Shown here: positions 16,177 through 24,824 of the stretch, piece after piece | How the letters are laid out: every line of letters starts with the position of its first letter | Numbering within the stretch: position 1 is the first letter of the stretch | Assembly (NCBI GenBank): GCA_963807335.1 | Contig: CAWEBT010000009.1 | Coordinates: 40,398-104,397 of the forward strand | Direction of reading: 5' to 3' | DNA from: an uncultured Actinomycetota bacterium | GTDB taxonomy: Bacteria > Actinomycetota > Actinomycetes > Propionibacteriales > Nocardioidaceae | Length of the DNA stretch: 64,000 nucleotides | The notes under the pieces: model-generated | What the model saw: the letters and a program-made list of their open reading frames with translations, nothing else | What the model was told of the DNA's origin: nothing | Database searches by the model: none | Position numbers and translations under genes: made by a program

Positions 16177-17613
16177 TCAGGGCTTCTCGAGGATGTCGTA
16201 GGTGCGTCTCAGTACGTCGTCGGTCGCCGCCTGGAGGTCGGCGTAGACGCCCCGGAGCCGGCGATACAGCCGGGTGGCGGCCGCGTCTGGCGTGAACTCG
16301 TCGGCCCGGTGCACCATCCGCTCGGTGGCGACATCGAGCCCGGGGTGGACCCCGCAGGCCACCGCGGCGCAGATGGCGGCTCCCAGCGCGGCGGCGTCGC
16401 GCGCCTGGTTGCGGGTCGTGGGAAGGTCGAAGACGTCGGCGAGGATCTGCATCGCCACGTCGCTGTTCGATCCGCCGCCCGAGACGACGAGGTTCTCGAT
16501 GCGTACGCCCAGCTCGGCCTCCATGTCCGTGACGTGCTGCCGCATGCGGAAGGCGATGCCCTCCAGGATCGCGCGGTACATGTGCGCGGCGCCGTGCCGC
16601 TCGTCGAACCCGATGAACATGCCCTTCCGGTGCGGCTGCGTCGGTGGGCTGAGCCAGTCCAGCACGCACATCAGACCGTCGCTGCCGGCAGGCACTGCTG
16701 CGGCGAGGGCGTTGAGGTGCTCCTCGGGCGAGGCCGCCGCGTGGGTGGACCCGTGCGCGGTCTCGGCTCCGACCAGGTCCATCAGCCACGACACCATCCA
16801 CATCCCGCGGCGGATGCCCGCGCTCTCGTAGATGTACCGGTGTGCTTCGGAGGCGAAGTTGGCGAAGAAGGTCTGCGGCTCGGCGACGAACTCGTCGCCG
16901 ACGACCATGCCTGCGATGTAGGTGCCCAGCGACACCAGCCCCACCCGCTGGTCACGCAGGCCCACGCCGAGCGCTTCCGTCGCCTTGTCATTCGCGGTGT
17001 GCACGACGGGGAGCCCTCGCGGCAGGCCCGTCGCGGCGGCGAACGCCTCGCTGAGGTGTCCGCCGATGTCGCCGGGCATCTGCAGCTCGTACAACATCTC
17101 GCGCGGCACGTTGAACGAGTCGAAGGTGTCCTGGTCGGTGAACCAGTCCCACGTGCGCACGTCCATCGGCCACGGGCCGATGTAGTTGGCAGCGGTGTCG
17201 GTGCGGTTGCCGGTCAATCGCCCCATCAGGTAGCCCGACGTCGTGGTCACGAAGGCGACCTCGTCGTCGGTGTGCTCATAGGGTCGCGAGAGACGAGCGT
17301 CCATCCAGCTCTGCACCGGCTGTGCCAACGTCCCGTCCGCCCGCACGAGCGCGCGACAGCACCGGATCGTGCAGAGCCCGACGCCGACGATGTCGGCGAC
17401 GTCGTGCGGGAACGCCGCCATCGCCCGGCGGGTGGCCGCGACGATCGAGTCGTAGAGGTCGTCATCGGGGTGCTCGGCCACCCCCGGCCGCGGCGTGTGC
17501 ATCGGCGCCAAGGCCTCGGTGGCCGAGCAGACCACCCGTCCCTCGGCGTCGAAGACGGCGACCTTCGAGCTCTGGGAACCGCCGTCGATGCCCACGAGGT
17601 ACTTGGGGTGCAT
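16177..17613 (-). CDS. FGGY-family carbohydrate kinase
   Basis: YLVGIDGGSQSSKVAVFD N-terminus and C-terminal VVSGGGSNSDVAMQILADVFDLP. Confidence 0.85.
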   Translation of the reverse strand: MHPKYLVGIDGGSQSSKVAVFDAEGRVVCSATEALAPMHTPRPGVAEHPDDDLYDSIVAATRRAMAAFPHDVADIVGVGLCTIRCCRALVRADGTLAQPVQSWMDARLSRPYEHTDDEVAFVTTTSGYLMGRLTGNRTDTAANYIGPWPMDVRTWDWFTDQDTFDSFNVPREMLYELQMPGDIGGHLSEAFAAATGLPRGLPVVHTANDKATEALGVGLRDQRVGLVSLGTYIAGMVVGDEFVAEPQTFFANFASEAHRYIYESAGIRRGMWMVSWLMDLVGAETAHGSTHAAASPEEHLNALAAAVPAGSDGLMCVLDWLSPPTQPHRKGMFIGFDERHGAAHMYRAILEGIAFRMRQHVTDMEAELGVRIENLVVSGGGSNSDVAMQILADVFDLPTTRNQARDAAALGAAICAAVACGVHPGLDVATERMVHRADEFTPDAAATRLYRRLRGVYADLQAATDDVLRRTYDILEKP

Positions 17614-17635
17614 GTCGCTCAGTCTCCTCGGTGCC

Positions 17636-18424
17636 TCAGCGCGCCAGGTATCCGCCGTCGACGCTCAGGATGTGACCGTTGACGTAGTCGGACGCGCGAC
17701 TGGCCAGGAAGACGGTCGCACCCATGAGGTCCTGCGGCTGACCCCAGCGGCCCGCGGGGACATGGTCGAGCACCCGCTGGTTCGTCTCGGGGTCTGCGCG
17801 GGTCTGCGCGGTGAGGGGGGTGTCGCAGTAGCCCGGCGCGATCCCGTTGACCTGGATGCCGAACGGCGCCAGCTCGTCGCAGTACGCCTTCGTCAGACCG
17901 GCGAGCCCGTGCTTGGTCGCGGCGTACGCCGGCGACCAGCGGCCGCCGAGGAACGAGAACACCGAGCAGACGTTGATGATCTTCCCGCTGCGCTGCGCAA
18001 CCATGTGCCGGGCGGCCTCGTGCGACATCTCGAACGCGGCGGTGAGGTTCAGCTCCACCATCGGGTCCCACTGAGCTCGGGTGAACTCGAGGACATCGGG
18101 CTCGTTGATGCTCCGGCCCGCGCAGTTGACGAGGATGTCGACGCTGCCGAACTCCTCGACGCACGCGCCGACGACGCGCCTCGGGTTGCCGGCGAGGGTG
18201 ATGTCGGAGCCGATGTAGGCGTACCGCGACCCCGCGGCCTCGACGAGCGCACCCGTGCTGCCGTCGTCCGGCGTGATGCTCGCAGCCAGGACGTTCGCGC
18301 CCATCGTGGCGAGAGCGAGCGTGAACGCCTGGCCGAGACCGGTGTTGCCGCCGGTGACGATGGCCTGCTTGCCGACCAACGAGAAGAAGCCCGCGTCGAA
18401 GCCGGCGAGACTCGAGTCGTTCAT
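17636..18424 (-). CDS. Short-chain dehydrogenase/reductase (KduD/gluconate-5-DH-like)
   Basis: AIVTGGNTGLGQA, NCAG, S...YAATKHG catalytic motif, PGYCDT. Confidence 0.9.
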   Translation of the reverse strand: MNDSSLAGFDAGFFSLVGKQAIVTGGNTGLGQAFTLALATMGANVLAASITPDDGSTGALVEAAGSRYAYIGSDITLAGNPRRVVGACVEEFGSVDILVNCAGRSINEPDVLEFTRAQWDPMVELNLTAAFEMSHEAARHMVAQRSGKIINVCSVFSFLGGRWSPAYAATKHGLAGLTKAYCDELAPFGIQVNGIAPGYCDTPLTAQTRADPETNQRVLDHVPAGRWGQPQDLMGATVFLASRASDYVNGHILSVDGGYLAR

Positions 18425-18461
18425 GTCGTCCCCTGTGTCCTGTCAACGTGTGCCGGCAGTG

Positions 18462-19955
18462 CTACCCATCGAGCGGGAAGATCGTCCCGCGGTTCATGAT
18501 CCCGTGGGGGTCGAACGCCGACTTGAGGGTCTCGAGCATGTAGAGCGACGTGCCGTACTCCTCGGCGAGGAAGTGCGTGCGGTGCTTGCCGACGCCGTGG
18601 TGGTGGCACATGGACCCGCCGAGCTTCAACGTCTCCTCGACGATGATGTCCTGGATCGGGTCGTGGTAGGTCGTGCGCTCCTCGGTGGGGTCGACGTCGA
18701 CCTTGTAGTAGTAGACGAAGTACATGTTCGTGCCGTTGAGGTAGCTGTGACTGGAGTGCCCGCCCAGCAGCGAGAACTGTGCGGGTACCTCGGCCCGGAT
18801 GCGTGCCAGCGCGTTCTCGTAGATGTCGCCGATGACGCTCCAGTTGCCGGAGATCTCGGTGGTGAACCCGTTGACGAGCGTCTCGCGGATCTCGGTGCGC
18901 TCCTCCTCCAGCTTGGACACGTCCCAGTTGAGGTGGTCGAACCAGTCCTCGATGAGTGCGCCATCCACCTGCTCGACATCGGCGAAGCCGGCGACGATCT
19001 CCTCGATCGCCGCGGCCGTCGCGTCGGCGAGGGGCTTGGGCCCCTCGGAGACGAAGATCAGCACGCACCGGCCCGCTGAGAAGTGGCTGAAGTGGTAGAG
19101 ACCGTCCTCCTCGTCGTACAGCCGCGCGACCGAGGGACGGTAGCCCCGGGTCACGACCTCGCGGAGGATCCTCAGCCCGGACCTCATGTCCGGCACGAGG
19201 TATCCGTGGAACCTGTTGTTCTCGGGGTAGTGGCGGAAGATCTTGACGGTGACCTCGGTGATGTAGTTCAAGGCACCTTCGTTGCCGAGGACCAGGTGGC
19301 GGATGTCGGGACCGGCCGAGCGGCGCGGGACGTTCTTGATCCGGCAGATCTCGCCGTTGGGGAACACCGTCTCCACACCCACGAGCATGTCCTCGATGCC
19401 GCCGTACAGGGTGGAGAACTGTCCGATGGACCGGGTCGCGACGAGCCCCCCGAGCTGGGCCAGGGGCTTGGACTGCGGCGAGTGCCCCGTGGTGTAGCCG
19501 ATCGCCCGCAGCTGGTTCTCGAGAGTCTCGAGGCCGACACCGCACTGGACCGTTGCCAGCATGTCCTCGGTGTCGATGTCGAGGATCGCGTCCATCGACG
19601 ACCCGTCAACGACGATGGAGTTCTCGACCACGGTCTCCAGGCCGCCCTCGGTCGCGCTGCCGCCGGTCTTGGGGACGACGTTGACGCGGTGCTCGTTCGC
19701 GAACGTCAAGATGGCGGCCACCTCGCTGGTGGAGGTTGGCTTGAGAACGGCGGCAGGCAGCGGCAGCGAGTAGATGCCGAAGACGTTCTCGACCTTGTAG
19801 TACCGGTCGACGCTGTTCTCCTTGAGCACCTGCTCGTCGGTGAGGACACGGTCCGGCCCGAGCATCTCGGTGCAGGCAGACACGATCTCTTCGCGCGTGA
19901 GCGTTCGCAGGGGGAGTGACAAGGTCGGCTTCCTTTCCGGTGCGAGGTCTGACAT
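18462..19955 (-). CDS. FAD-linked oxidase (FAD_binding_4 / GlcD-AGPS-like)
   Basis: VLKPTSTSEVAAILTFANEHRVNVVPKTGGSATEGG and C-terminal HHHGVGKHR. Confidence 0.85.
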   Translation of the reverse strand: MSDLAPERKPTLSLPLRTLTREEIVSACTEMLGPDRVLTDEQVLKENSVDRYYKVENVFGIYSLPLPAAVLKPTSTSEVAAILTFANEHRVNVVPKTGGSATEGGLETVVENSIVVDGSSMDAILDIDTEDMLATVQCGVGLETLENQLRAIGYTTGHSPQSKPLAQLGGLVATRSIGQFSTLYGGIEDMLVGVETVFPNGEICRIKNVPRRSAGPDIRHLVLGNEGALNYITEVTVKIFRHYPENNRFHGYLVPDMRSGLRILREVVTRGYRPSVARLYDEEDGLYHFSHFSAGRCVLIFVSEGPKPLADATAAAIEEIVAGFADVEQVDGALIEDWFDHLNWDVSKLEEERTEIRETLVNGFTTEISGNWSVIGDIYENALARIRAEVPAQFSLLGGHSSHSYLNGTNMYFVYYYKVDVDPTEERTTYHDPIQDIIVEETLKLGGSMCHHHGVGKHRTHFLAEEYGTSLYMLETLKSAFDPHGIMNRGTIFPLDG

Positions 19956-19990
19956 TCAACCCGACGGGCGGCTCGGCGGTGCCCCGACGG

Positions 19991-20962
19991 TCAGACCCCG
20001 CGAGGAAGAACCTCGCTGCCGGTGACCGGGGGCTCCAGGTCGACCAGCTGGGCGGGGAAGCCGGGGGCCTGGACGACGATGCCGGTGGCCTCCTCCAGTC
20101 CGCGGATGATGTTCGGCGAGTGCTCACGCCGTCCCTGGCGGGCCATGGCCCCGGCCACCATGCCGCCCAGCAGCGGTGACACCTCCAGCGGCACTCCGGC
20201 ACGGTCGGCCACGTCCTGGAACAGTCCGAGGTCCTTGGCCACGAGCTCGAGGGTGAAGCCGATGTCGCGGCTGCCGTTGAGGATGACCTGCCCCTCGGTC
20301 TCGTGGACGAACGAGTTGCCGGACGAGATCCGGATCGCGTCGTACGTCGTGGCCAGGTCCATGCCGGCGCCGGCCGCGGTCACCAGGGCCTCGGTCAGCG
20401 CGACCAGGTTGGCGGTGGCCAGGTAGTTGGTGACCACCTTGAGCACCGAGGCGGTGCCCAGGTCCCCGGTGTGCAGGACCTGGCGGCCCATCGTGCTCAG
20501 CACCGGGAGCAACCGCTCGAACACGGGTCGGTCGCAGCCGGCGAAGATCGAGATGTTGCCGGTGGCCGCTCGGTGGCACCCGCCGGAGACCGGGCAGTCC
20601 GCCGAAGCAGCGCCGACCTCCGCCACCCGCGCTGCGAGACGGCGTACCTCGGCCTCGTCGGTCGTGCTCATCTCCACCCAGACCGAGCCCTCGCGCAGCC
20701 CGTCGAGCAGCCCGTCGGCACCTTCGACCACCTGGGCGGACGCTGCCGGGCTCGGCAGGCACGTGATCACCACGTCACAGCGGGACGCCAGGTCTACCGG
20801 CGAGGACGCCCAGGCGGCGCCCGATGCGAGCAGGGGGGCGGCGGCGGTCGGATCGAGGTCGAGCACCACCAGGTCGTAGCCACCGCGCACCAGGGAGCCG
20901 GCGAGCTTGGCACCCACGTTGCCGAGGCCGACGAAACCGACTCGGCCGGTCAGGGGCTCCAT
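19991..20962 (-). CDS. NAD(P)-dependent beta-hydroxyacid dehydrogenase (3-hydroxyisobutyrate/tartronate-semialdehyde reductase family)
   Basis: VGFVGLGNVGAKLA Rossmann motif; GDLGTASVLKVVTNYL. Confidence 0.85.
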   Translation of the reverse strand: MEPLTGRVGFVGLGNVGAKLAGSLVRGGYDLVVLDLDPTAAAPLLASGAAWASSPVDLASRCDVVITCLPSPAASAQVVEGADGLLDGLREGSVWVEMSTTDEAEVRRLAARVAEVGAASADCPVSGGCHRAATGNISIFAGCDRPVFERLLPVLSTMGRQVLHTGDLGTASVLKVVTNYLATANLVALTEALVTAAGAGMDLATTYDAIRISSGNSFVHETEGQVILNGSRDIGFTLELVAKDLGLFQDVADRAGVPLEVSPLLGGMVAGAMARQGRREHSPNIIRGLEEATGIVVQAPGFPAQLVDLEPPVTGSEVLPRGV

Positions 20963-21246
20963 GCCTGCACCCCTGCCTGGCAGGAGCAGCGGCCCGGTCG
21001 TGATGGAAGAGGTTCGGATCCTAGTTCTCGCAAGAGCTCACCTTCGCCGAGCAGTAGGGATGGGCGCGCCGGTCCCCAGGTGGGGTCGGCCCAAGTGTCC
21101 GCATGCTCGGTGGCGCGAGTCAACCGATCCTTTCGCGCTCGTTGGGGTCCGGAATGTGAGTCATGCGGGCGCCGGCTCGACGAAGGTGATCGCCTCCGCG
21201 ACAGCGGTGAGTACGGGTCGCTGTGTCTTGTCGAGAGCGACCCTGA

Positions 21247-21268
21247 CTCACCGCCGTACGGCGGTGAG
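21247..21268. repeat. Perfect 10-2-10 inverted repeat CTCACCGCCG-TA-CGGCGGTGAG in a 450-nt gap
   Basis: Read directly. Lies in the otherwise unassigned spacer 20963-21411. Could be a hairpin or an operator. Confidence 0.4.
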
Positions 21269-21411
21269 CAGGCCGCGGCCCAGCAAGGACATCGCCTCGG
21301 GCCGGCACGGGTGCGCCACTGCCACGATTTGGGGATGCTCGGACGCCTGCCCGGTTGTAACTTGAGGGGGTTGGCAAGACCTTCGTTCTGGACGTCTCGA
21401 CAGGGGCTCCG

Positions 21412-22173
21412 ATGCGACGACTCCGCTCGCTCCTCGTGGTCACCGCGCTGCTGGCGATCGTCCCGGTCGCGGGCTCGAGCAACGGTGCCTCGGCCGCTCT
21501 CGCGGTGCCGACGAACGGGCTGGTCCTGCACTACGCGATGGGGACGCTGTCGCAGGGGACGATCACCGACGGGTCACCCAGCGCCCTGCACGGCCAGGTC
21601 GTGGCCGCTTCGGGCGCCGCCCGTCTCGTCAACAGCCTGGCGGGGTACGGCCGCGCACTCGAGCTGACCGGTTCGCAGCAGCAGTACGTCGACGTGCCCA
21701 CCTCCCCGGTGCTCGACCTCGACGCGTACACGCTGTCCGCGTGGGTGCGCTACACCGGGATCCAGAACGATCAGACGTTCGGCCGCTGGGAGGTCCTCGA
21801 GAAGGCCGGTGCGTACTGGATGAACGTCAGGACCAGCGGTCTCGTCAGGGTCGGTGGCTTCTACGGCGGTTGCCTGAACGCCAACTGGCTCTATCTCGAC
21901 AGCACTCGCGCGCTGCCCGTCAATCGGTGGAGGCACGTGGCGGCGACGTACGACGGCACCTGGCTGAGGGTCTACATCGACGGCCGTGCCGCCGGCGCCA
22001 TGCGGGTGTCGGGACGCACCTGCGTCAGTGGTGAGCCGCTCGCGGTCGGGGCGAAGAACAACCCGTCGAAGGGTCTGCTGGAGGCGTTCTGGGACGGACG
22101 CCTGGACGAGGTCCGCATCTACCGCCGGGCCCTCACCCTGACCGAGATCGGCCAGCTCGCGGCGCGGTCCTGA
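21412..22173 (+). CDS. Secreted LamG / concanavalin-A-like lectin domain protein
   Basis: Signal peptide MRRLRSLLVVTALLAIVPVAGSSNGASA. Laminin_G_3-like LHYAMG...DAYTLSAWVR...NRWRHVAATYDGTWLRVYIDG...WDGRLDEVRIYRRALT. Confidence 0.75.
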   Translation: MRRLRSLLVVTALLAIVPVAGSSNGASAALAVPTNGLVLHYAMGTLSQGTITDGSPSALHGQVVAASGAARLVNSLAGYGRALELTGSQQQYVDVPTSPVLDLDAYTLSAWVRYTGIQNDQTFGRWEVLEKAGAYWMNVRTSGLVRVGGFYGGCLNANWLYLDSTRALPVNRWRHVAATYDGTWLRVYIDGRAAGAMRVSGRTCVSGEPLAVGAKNNPSKGLLEAFWDGRLDEVRIYRRALTLTEIGQLAARS

Positions 22174-22242
22174 CGGGGTAGCGTGCTGCACGGGTCGCCC
22201 GTGGAGGCGACCCAGGACCCATCGGAGAACGAGGTCGTCATC

Positions 22243-22404
22243 ATGCGCAAGGCACTGCTCGTCATCTTGTGCTTCTTCTTGCCGTTCCTGGCCGTGCTGT
22301 TCAAGGACGGGCCGAGCCTCAAGGTGCTCTGGGCCTTCCTGCTGCAGCTGCTCGGGCACGTCCCCGGGGTGATCTACGGGCTGTACCGGGTCCTGAAGAC
22401 CTAG
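22243..22404 (+). CDS. YqaE/Pmp3-family small hydrophobic membrane protein
   Basis: MRKALLVILCFFLPFLAVLFKDGPSLKVLWAFLLQLLGHVPGVIYGLYRVL. ATG 22243 preceded by ggagaacgagg. Confidence 0.75.
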   Translation: MRKALLVILCFFLPFLAVLFKDGPSLKVLWAFLLQLLGHVPGVIYGLYRVLKT

Positions 22405-22445
22405 CCGGCGAGGCACCCGAAACCCGGCCCGCCGGTCGATGGCCC

Positions 22446-23348
22446 TCAGTGGCGGAGGGCTTGGGGCAGGGAGGGAGCGGCGGGTCGCCAGCCCAGCTCG
22501 GACGTTGCCCGCCCACGCTCCGGATCGGTGTGCACGCTGACGCGTGGCGGCTCGTTGGTGGTGCCGAACTCGGCCGTCAGGGTCTCGGAGGTCCACGGCT
22601 CGACGCTCTCGACTCCGGCCGCGGCCGCAACGACGTCGGCCAGCTCACGAGTGGTCACCGATCCCGACGTGGCGTGGTAGATCCCACGTGCGGACGGGTC
22701 CGTGACGATCTGCGTGAGCAGGTCGAGCAGCTCGTCCTCGTGCACGGTGGGGAGGACGTCGCTCCCGTCCCCGAAGTAGCGACTCACTCCGTGGGAGCGG
22801 GCGAACTCGACGGCCGGCGCGAGCGCCAGCCCGCCGCCGTCGCCGTACACGAGGCCGGGTCGTACGACGACGCCCCGCAGCCAGTCGTCGGAGGCCATCA
22901 CCCGGATCTCGGAGGCCGCCACCGGGTCCAGGTCGGCAGGCACCACGGGGTCGTCCTGCTCGGAGACGGGGCGGTCACCCGAAGCGTGGCCGAACACGGC
23001 CATCGTGGTGACCTCGATCAACGCGGACCCGGGCTTGAGGTCCACCAGGACCGTGTCCAGGTCGCGCGCGTCGTCGACCATCGACGTCAGGCTGCCGATC
23101 CCGCTGAGCAGGATGACCACATCCGCGTCGCGGACGGCGGTGGACAGGGCGTTGGGCGCCGGCGCGAGGACGTGGAGGGAATGCGTGGGGGGCAGGAGGT
23201 CCGGATCGGCGTGGACGATCGTGCTGACCTCCCACCCGCGGCTCTCGAGCCGACCGACGAGGCGCTGGGCGAACGGAGCCGCGCTGCCCGTGATCAGCGC
23301 CTTGCCCGGCGACGTGTCGGTGCCAGGAGTGGCGGCGGAGGATGTCAT
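22446..23348 (-). CDS. NAD-dependent epimerase/dehydratase-like (atypical SDR) protein
   Basis: Start ATG 23348 (MTSSAATPG...). KALITGSAAPFAQRLVGRLESRGWEV; later RPGLVYGDGGG and IYHATSG. The 480-aa track ORF is over-extended. Confidence 0.7.
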   Translation of the reverse strand: MTSSAATPGTDTSPGKALITGSAAPFAQRLVGRLESRGWEVSTIVHADPDLLPPTHSLHVLAPAPNALSTAVRDADVVILLSGIGSLTSMVDDARDLDTVLVDLKPGSALIEVTTMAVFGHASGDRPVSEQDDPVVPADLDPVAASEIRVMASDDWLRGVVVRPGLVYGDGGGLALAPAVEFARSHGVSRYFGDGSDVLPTVHEDELLDLLTQIVTDPSARGIYHATSGSVTTRELADVVAAAAGVESVEPWTSETLTAEFGTTNEPPRVSVHTDPERGRATSELGWRPAAPSLPQALRH

Positions 23349-23521
23349 CGGACCGTTTCCCTTCGGGTGGTGGCGGGAGCCGAGCCGGGCTCGGCGAGAC
23401 CCGCCTCCAGCTGGAGGAGCGCGTCGTCGACGAACTTGGCGAGGTCTCCCTCCCCACCTTGCCGGTACGAGACGGCGATGGCGACCCTCAGCGTGGTCTT
23501 GGTCGCGGCACCCGGCAGCAC
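23345..23521 (-). CDS. Unlisted 58-codon ORF (GTG start) whose stop overlaps the ATG of the SDR-like gene
   Basis: Hand translation VLPGAATKTTLRVAIAVSYRQGGEGDLAKFVDDALLQLEAGLAEPGSAPATTRRETVR with GC-rich third positions. ATGA overlap at 23345-23348. Below the track length cut-off. Possibly a truncated remnant. Confidence 0.3.
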   Translation of the reverse strand: MLPGAATKTTLRVAIAVSYRQGGEGDLAKFVDDALLQLEAGLAEPGSAPATTRRETVR

Positions 23522-23642
23522 GGGTCAGGTGTCCCGGTAGTGGTCCTGGCCGAGCCGGGCGGCGGCATCGCGATCCTGCGGCACGGACCAAGGGCCTGGC
23601 GCGCACCCCGGGGTTGTGACGTTCGTTCGACCCGTCTAGGGT

Positions 23643-23664
23643 TCCTCCAAAGATCTTTGGAGGA
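23643..23664. promoter_or_regulatory. Perfect 22-bp palindrome TCCTCCAAAGATCTTTGGAGGA covering the Shine-Dalgarno of the ArsR-rhodanese gene
   Basis: Read directly. Its right arm GGAGGA ends 3 nt before GTG 23668. Candidate operator and/or RBS-sequestering hairpin. Confidence 0.5.
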
Positions 23665-23667
23665 CTG

Positions 23668-24342
23668 GTGGACGATACGGATCGAAGGGCGCGGGTCTTC
23701 GACGAGCTCGCGGTGGTGGGCAAGGCCTTCGGCAGCGCCAAGCGTCTCGAGCTGGTGGAGCTGCTGGCCCAGGGCGAACGCACGGTCGAGGGACTGGCGC
23801 GCGCGGCCGGCATGGGGCTGAGCACGGTCTCGGCGCACCTGCAGGTGCTCAAGATGGCCAACCTGGTGCGCACGCGCCGAGAGGGCACGAAGGTCTACTA
23901 CCGGCTCGCCGGGGAGGACGTCCTCGGCCTGTACGACGCGATGCGCACGGTGGCGCGTTCCCGGTCGGCGGACGTGGCCGCCGCGCTGGAGGCCTACCTG
24001 GGGCTGCCCGGGGCCGACGAGGTCGGTCTCGTCAGCACCGATGAGCTCCACCGCTTGCTGGCCGCCGGGGAGGTCGCGCTGCTCGACGTACGACCTGCCG
24101 TCGAGTACGCCGCGGGACACATCCCCGGGGCCCTGAGTGCGCCGCTGGAGTCCCTGGCCGGGCGGGCCGAGGAGCTGCTCGAACGCGGCGAGATCGTGGC
24201 GTACTGCCGCGGCGCCTTCTGCGTGATGGCCCACGATGCCGTTCGGCTGCTCTCCGCTGCGGGGGTGCCGGCCCGTCGGCTCGATGGCGGCATGCTCGAG
24301 TGGCGGTCGCACGGCGAGCTCGTCGAGGTGGGCGCGTCGTGA
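23668..24342 (+). CDS. ArsR-family HTH regulator fused to a rhodanese domain
   Basis: FGSAKRLELVELLAQGERTVEGLARAAGMGLSTVSAHLQVLKMANLVRTRREGTKVYYRL. Then a rhodanese-like LLDVRPAVEYAAGHIPGA...VAYCRGAFCVMA. Confidence 0.85.
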   Translation: MDDTDRRARVFDELAVVGKAFGSAKRLELVELLAQGERTVEGLARAAGMGLSTVSAHLQVLKMANLVRTRREGTKVYYRLAGEDVLGLYDAMRTVARSRSADVAAALEAYLGLPGADEVGLVSTDELHRLLAAGEVALLDVRPAVEYAAGHIPGALSAPLESLAGRAEELLERGEIVAYCRGAFCVMAHDAVRLLSAAGVPARRLDGGMLEWRSHGELVEVGAS

Positions 24343-24824
24343 GCAGCGGAGCGGTGCTGGCGTTGCGCACCTGGCCGAGGCGGCGCTGGATCGTGGCCGT
24401 GGGTGCTGCTTCGGTGTTCGTCCTGGTCGTGGCGATCCCCACGGATCTCATCGACACCCCTGTCTTCGGCCGGGAGATCCCGCCCACCGTGTGGGCCTGG
24501 CCGTCGTTGCTCGTCTCCTCGGTCCTGGGCGGCCTGCTGCTCGCGACGTACGTCGATCCCGCACCGCGTGAGGACGAGCCCGCGCTGCGGCGCGGTGGCT
24601 GGCTGGGCGCCGCCTTGACCTTCTTGGCCGTGGGCTGCCCGACGTGCAACAAGCTGGCGTTGCTCGCGCTGGGCAGCGCGGGCGCAATCGCGTGGTTCGA
24701 ACCCGTCCAGCCGCTGTTGCAGGCGCTGGCCATCGGTCTGCTCGGTTGGGCGCTGCACCGGCGCCTGCTGGGAGAACTGTCCTGTCTCACAACACCATCT
24801 CGTGGAGGTGCCGCTCGTGTCTGA
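24339..24824 (+). CDS. Four-TM membrane protein with an intramembrane CPTC motif
   Basis: GTG 24339 overlaps the upstream stop (GTGA). Hydrophobic segments WIVAVGAASVFVLVVAIPT, WPSLLVSSVLGGLLLATYV, WLGAALTFLAVGCPTCNKLALLALG, LLQALAIGLLGWAL. No family recognised. Confidence 0.6.
   Translation: MSSGAVLALRTWPRRRWIVAVGAASVFVLVVAIPTDLIDTPVFGREIPPTVWAWPSLLVSSVLGGLLLATYVDPAPREDEPALRRGGWLGAALTFLAVGCPTCNKLALLALGSAGAIAWFEPVQPLLQALAIGLLGWALHRRLLGELSCLTTPSRGGAARV

Noticed and set aside
20963-21411. Short GC3-rich minus-strand fragments (..HPQIVAVAHPCRPEAMSLLGRGLLTAVRR* then VRVALDKTQRPVLTAVAEAITFVEPAPA*), considered as a decayed regulator gene
   Set aside because: Each fragment is only ~30 codons, there is no start codon and no recognisable domain. 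Part of the signal is created by the palindrome itself. Not enough to call a pseudogene without a blastx hit.
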